Of a stretch of DNA of 64,000 bases, positions 60,454 to 64,000 are shown in pieces (positions within the stretch are counted from its first letter, which is position 1; the number at the start of each line of letters is the position of its first letter). The stretch spans positions 128,001 to 192,000 of the forward strand of contig CAWCMR010000022.1 of the NCBI GenBank assembly GCA_963796685.1, given 5' to 3'. This DNA is from an uncultured delta proteobacterium (GTDB taxonomy: Bacteria > Myxococcota_A > Polyangia > Fen-1088). The notes below the pieces were generated by a model. The model was not told the origin of the DNA. It saw nothing but the letters and a program-made list of their open reading frames with translations, and searched no databases. The position numbers and the translations under genes are program-made.

Positions 60454-61586
60454 TCACATCTGCGAAGCAACGCCCTGATTTGCCTGCCATGCCGCCACGA
60501 CCGAGGCGGCGATTGCCGGGCCAAAGTCGAAGGCGCTCGCGTCCAGCCGCCGCAGCGAAATGCTGCCGACCACGCCGTCGAAGATCACGACGAAGGTGGC
60601 ACTGGCAAGGGCCGGGCGCTGGAACGTGGAGCCGTTCCCGTTGCGCACCGACTTGAACGAATAGATGGTCGACGTGGCCGCCATGGGGTCGTCGGACGAA
60701 AGCACCTCGGCGACATCGAGCTCGCCGCAGCCACCGGCACCGCCCATGCCACGGCAATTGCAGCCGTATTGGGCCGTGCGCACCACCTGCGCCGGCAGGA
60801 TCCAGTAGGCGGGTGTCACCATGCCGACCGGCATGCGCATCTTGACCGCGAAGATCTTGCTGCCGTCGGCGGATCCCTTGAATCCATGCAAACCTACGTC
60901 GCGGTAGAAGCCGCACTCGCTGCCGTCGCCGGTGCCCTGGCACAGGCTGGCGCTCATCACGTTGACCCCGATGCCGTCGGCCAGCGATCCGGCGAACGGG
61001 GTGGGTGACTGGGCGGCCTCCTTGCCGTCGGCCGAAGCGTAGGACTGGCTGTTGCCGCCGCACACTGTCCACACCCCGCTGACACTGCCGCCGCCGAGGT
61101 TGTTCATGAAGACCAGGTTGTCGGACGAGCAGCCATTCCAATACGAGACACGCGCGTACCCGCCGACGTCGGGCGCGTAGATCGCGATGTCGTAGAGCTC
61201 GATGGGACCCGAGAAGACCATGGTCATCTCCTCGTCGAACGGAACCACGCGGCCGGACACGGACTTGCTTGCCTTGACGCAGGCGTTGGCGTCGCTGCAC
61301 GGAGGCGGCCAGGTTCCAGGAGCCATGTCGACGACGCGGTCGTAGCTGCCGGTGGCCCCGACGTTCAGAAAGGTGATCGCGTCGGTGACTTTCCAGTGGG
61401 AGGGCGCGGGCGGCGTGTCGGTCCCGAGCGGCGTATTGCCGTCCTCGCTTCGGCGTGCGCACCCACATCCGTCGTCGCAGCGGCGATTCCCGAGTCCTCT
61501 GCCGCGGCCGGCCCGCGCGACGTCGAGGAGCACCCGGGGAGCGACGCGAACAACAGCAGACTGCCAACGACGACTTGCGCGGTCAT
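60454..61586 (-). CDS. TOS1/YJL171C-like (DUF2403/DUF2401, GH16-like) lipoprotein, frameshift near 61450
   Basis: PFDEEMTMVFSGP, NLVFMNN, SQSYAS.DG, ECGFYR, PAYWILPAQVVRTAQYGCNC, GCGELDVAEV; lipobox LPGC in the upstream frame. Confidence 0.75.
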
Positions 61587-61740
61587 GGCGAATCCATCGC
61601 CTACCGGAAAGGCGCGCGAAGCACGTCGGCAGGGTTGCATCCCATCATGGTAACACGGCGAAGGCGTAGCACGACGGACCCACACCCTTGGAGTCAAAGA
61701 GGGTGGACGACGGCTCACGCCCGGACCGACCAGGTGTCGC

Positions 61741-62886
61741 CTATGCCATGGATTCGTGCACGATGGTCGTCAATTCCTCGTCGGTAAGGACGATGGGATT
61801 TCCCCGCATGCTGCTGGCGACCTTGGCTTTCTCCACGAGCAAGGGAACGTCCTCCTGCCGGATGCCGAGGGCGCCGAGCTTCGGGATCTCGAGCGCCGAG
61901 GCAAGCTCGGCCGTCCATGCAACCGCATCGCCGCCAGCGGCGAGCAGGTCGTTCAATTCCCGATAGCGGCCGAGGACGGGGCTCTGCGCATCTCGCCTGC
62001 TCAGGGCCACGATGTTGGCGCGCATGACCGCGGATAGAAGGGCCGCGCATACGGCGCCATGGGGCGCTTGCCATCTGCCACCGAGGGGCGCGGCGAATCC
62101 GTGCACGGCTCCAAGACCGGAATTGGCCAGGCAAAGACCGCCGAACAGGCTCGCCACCGCCAGATCCTCGCGACGTTCTGCCGTCAAGCCGTGCTCGAAA
62201 GCGAGCCGCAGCAATCTTGCGACGCGGGCCATGCCTTCCCTGGCCAAGGCCAGCGAGAACGCGTTGGCTCGAATCGAGACGAAGGACTCGAGCAGGTGAG
62301 AGAGGGCGTCGAGGCCGGTGGGCGCGAGCACGGATCTCGGCATGCCGTCGAGCAAATCGGGATCGACCAGGGCCAGTACGGGCAAAAGGTGCGGGCTGCG
62401 CAGGCTGGCCTTCACCTTGGCCTCGGGCGAGGTCAGCACGGAATTTTTCGTCACCTCGGCCCCGGTACCCGCCGTGGTGGGAATGGCGATGCAGGGCAGG
62501 CCCGGTCGAGGCAGCGGCTGGGCCTTGCCGACGATCTCCATGTGGTCGAGAAGATCCCCGTCGTTGCCGGCCAGCGCGGCGATGGCCTTGCCGGCGTCGA
62601 CGGCGCTGCCGCCTCCCAGCGCAACGACGGCATCGCATTTCTCGCGCATCGCCAACGCGCGACCCTCGCTCACCATGTCGAGCGTGGGTTCGCTGGGAAT
62701 GACCCAGGTCACGGTCGGCAGGTTCAGATGGGCGCGAAAGGCATCGCCTCGCCGACCGGATCGCCCGGTCACGAGCAGCACCCGCTTGGCCCCGAGCGCG
62801 CGCAGGGCCGGACCCGCCTGCGCCACGACCCCTGCGCCGAAGACGGTTCTCCCGGGGGCGGCCAGCTCAAACACGTTTGCGGCCAT
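61741..62886 (-). CDS. Iron-containing alcohol dehydrogenase
   Basis: GGGSAVD, PTTAGTGAE, DALSH, GLGAVHG, PHG. Confidence 0.93.
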   Translation of the reverse strand: MAANVFELAAPGRTVFGAGVVAQAGPALRALGAKRVLLVTGRSGRRGDAFRAHLNLPTVTWVIPSEPTLDMVSEGRALAMREKCDAVVALGGGSAVDAGKAIAALAGNDGDLLDHMEIVGKAQPLPRPGLPCIAIPTTAGTGAEVTKNSVLTSPEAKVKASLRSPHLLPVLALVDPDLLDGMPRSVLAPTGLDALSHLLESFVSIRANAFSLALAREGMARVARLLRLAFEHGLTAERREDLAVASLFGGLCLANSGLGAVHGFAAPLGGRWQAPHGAVCAALLSAVMRANIVALSRRDAQSPVLGRYRELNDLLAAGGDAVAWTAELASALEIPKLGALGIRQEDVPLLVEKAKVASSMRGNPIVLTDEELTTIVHESMA

Positions 62887-63205
62887 CGCTCTCCCACGTC
62901 GCCGACGGTGTGATGGTGGCGTAGGATTTACTGGTGCGCGGCTCGGCCATCATGGGCGCCACGGCATCGCGCCAGGTTTGATAGTGCGCCGTCTGTTTGT
63001 GCGCCGCCGCGCCTTCCTGCCCACGGTAAACCTCGAACAGCACGAAGCGGGTGGGATCGGCGCCCTCCTGCACGACATCGAAGCGCACGACGCCGGGTTC
63101 GCGAATGCTGGCCGCCGCGTTCCCCAGGGCGGCCGCGCGAAAGGCCTCGACCGATTCGGGCAGCACGTGGACGTAAACCAATACCGCAAGGTGCGAATCC
63201 GACAT
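62867..63205 (-). CDS. Putative quinol monooxygenase (ABM/LsrG-like)
   Basis: SIREPGVVRFDV, FVLFEVY, AHKQTAHYQTWR. Confidence 0.88.
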   Translation of the reverse strand: MSDSHLAVLVYVHVLPESVEAFRAAALGNAAASIREPGVVRFDVVQEGADPTRFVLFEVYRGQEGAAAHKQTAHYQTWRDAVAPMMAEPRTSKSYATITPSATWESDGRKRV

Positions 63206-63271
63206 GAGCGAAACCATAGCGGGTGCACCCAGTGATGCCAAGTCCATGCGCAACTCGGCGGATCCGGATCT

Positions 63272-63388
63272 TTCACCACAGAGGGCGCAGAGGGCGCAGA
63301 GGGCGGAAAGGAAAGGGTTCTCCGAATCCCAGAATCCGAACCTGTCTTCGTCCGCAACCTCTGTGCTCTCTGTGCTCTCTGTGGTGAA
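63272..63388. repeat. Short element with terminal inverted repeats built on 9-bp tandem units
   Basis: TTCACCACAGAG(GGCGCAGAG)2...(CTCTGTGCT)2CTCTGTGGTGAA. Confidence 0.8.
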
Positions 63389-63393
63389 GTTTC

Positions 63394-64000
63394 CTAGTAC
63401 CCGAGCTTGGGCGACAGCAGGCGCTCGGCGTCGGCAACGCTGATGCCCTTGCGGGCGGCGTAGTCTTCGACCTGGTCGCGGGCCAGTCGTCCGACGTCGA
63501 AGTAACGTGACTCGGGATGGGCGAGGTAGATGCCGCTTACGCTCGCGGCGGGCCACATGGCGAAGCTCTCCGTCAAGGTGATGCCGACGGCGGGGGCTTG
63601 TAGCAGCTCGAAGAGTTTTTGCTTCTCGCTGTGCTCGGGGCAGGCGGGGTAGCCGAAGGCGGGCCGGATGCCGCGGTACCTTTCGGCGATGAGATCCTCG
63701 TTGTTCAGGTTCTCGGCCGCACCGTACCCCCATTCCTTGCGAACCCGGGTGTGCAGGTATTCGGCGAAGGCCTCCGCCAAGCGGTCGGCCAAGGCCTTGA
63801 CGATGATCGCGCTGTAGTCGTCGCGCGCTTGCTGGAGCTTGGTCGCCAGCTCGTCGACGCCGATGCCCGCGGTGACGGCGAAGGCGCCGACATGATCGGC
63901 AAGTCCCGACTCGCGCGGGGCCACGAAGTCGGCCAGGCAGCGGTAGGGCGCCTCGCCCCCCTGTTGGCGCAACATGGGGAAACGAAGCAGCTCGCGGCTG
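63394..64000 (-). CDS. metH: Cobalamin-dependent methionine synthase, C-terminal activation domain (partial, runs off the window)
   Basis: [43 protein letters not shown]. Confidence 0.95.
   Translation of the reverse strand, partial: SRELLRFPMLRQQGGEAPYRCLADFVAPRESGLADHVGAFAVTAGIGVDELATKLQQARDDYSAIIVKALADRLAEAFAEYLHTRVRKEWGYGAAENLNNEDLIAERYRGIRPAFGYPACPEHSEKQKLFELLQAPAVGITLTESFAMWPAASVSGIYLAHPESRYFDVGRLARDQVEDYAARKGISVADAERLLSPKLGY

Overview
GC-rich bacterial window, most consistent with a Myxococcota/Polyangia-type genome (inferred from the FHA-GAF-sigma54 activator, Ser/Thr kinase, ECF-caspase cluster and many lipoproteins). Six blocks: (1) 1-21.6 kb, a co-oriented carbon-reserve/energy gene run (gnd, glgX, HAD, ackA, YHS, PRC-barrel, phosphoketolase, class I aldolase, GH15 glucoamylase, sugar porter, P-type H+-ATPase, ppk2 stub, tal, Cu-ATPase, DUF2254). 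(2) 21.6-42 kb, a signalling and small-protein region with nine candidate sigma54 (-24/-12) promoters; six have a TCA-N3-TGA-type box 65-68 bp upstream, often with a second box at 87-90 bp, and the region holds an XylR-N/V4R activator, CheB/CheR and several broken kinases. (3) 42-46.7 kb, deletion-scarred remnants (nitroreductase-FtsH chimera, AAA ATPase, DUF262, RelA/SpoT-like) next to a tRNA-Arg(UCU). (4) 48.6-56.5 kb, ECF sigma / zinc anti-sigma / exported caspase-like protease, then VKOR-DsbA / Cys-rich OmpA-like / TlpA, then an FHA-GAF bEBP lacking GAFTGA. (5) An outer-membrane barrel, a DHA2 efflux pump, a vapB relic, and a fungal-like TOS1-family lipoprotein with a GH64 relic. (6) Fe-ADH, quinol monooxygenase, an empty 9-bp-repeat inverted element and the 3' end of metH. 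Single-base frameshifts and deletion scars are frequent. All family calls are from motif recognition by eye; no searches were run.
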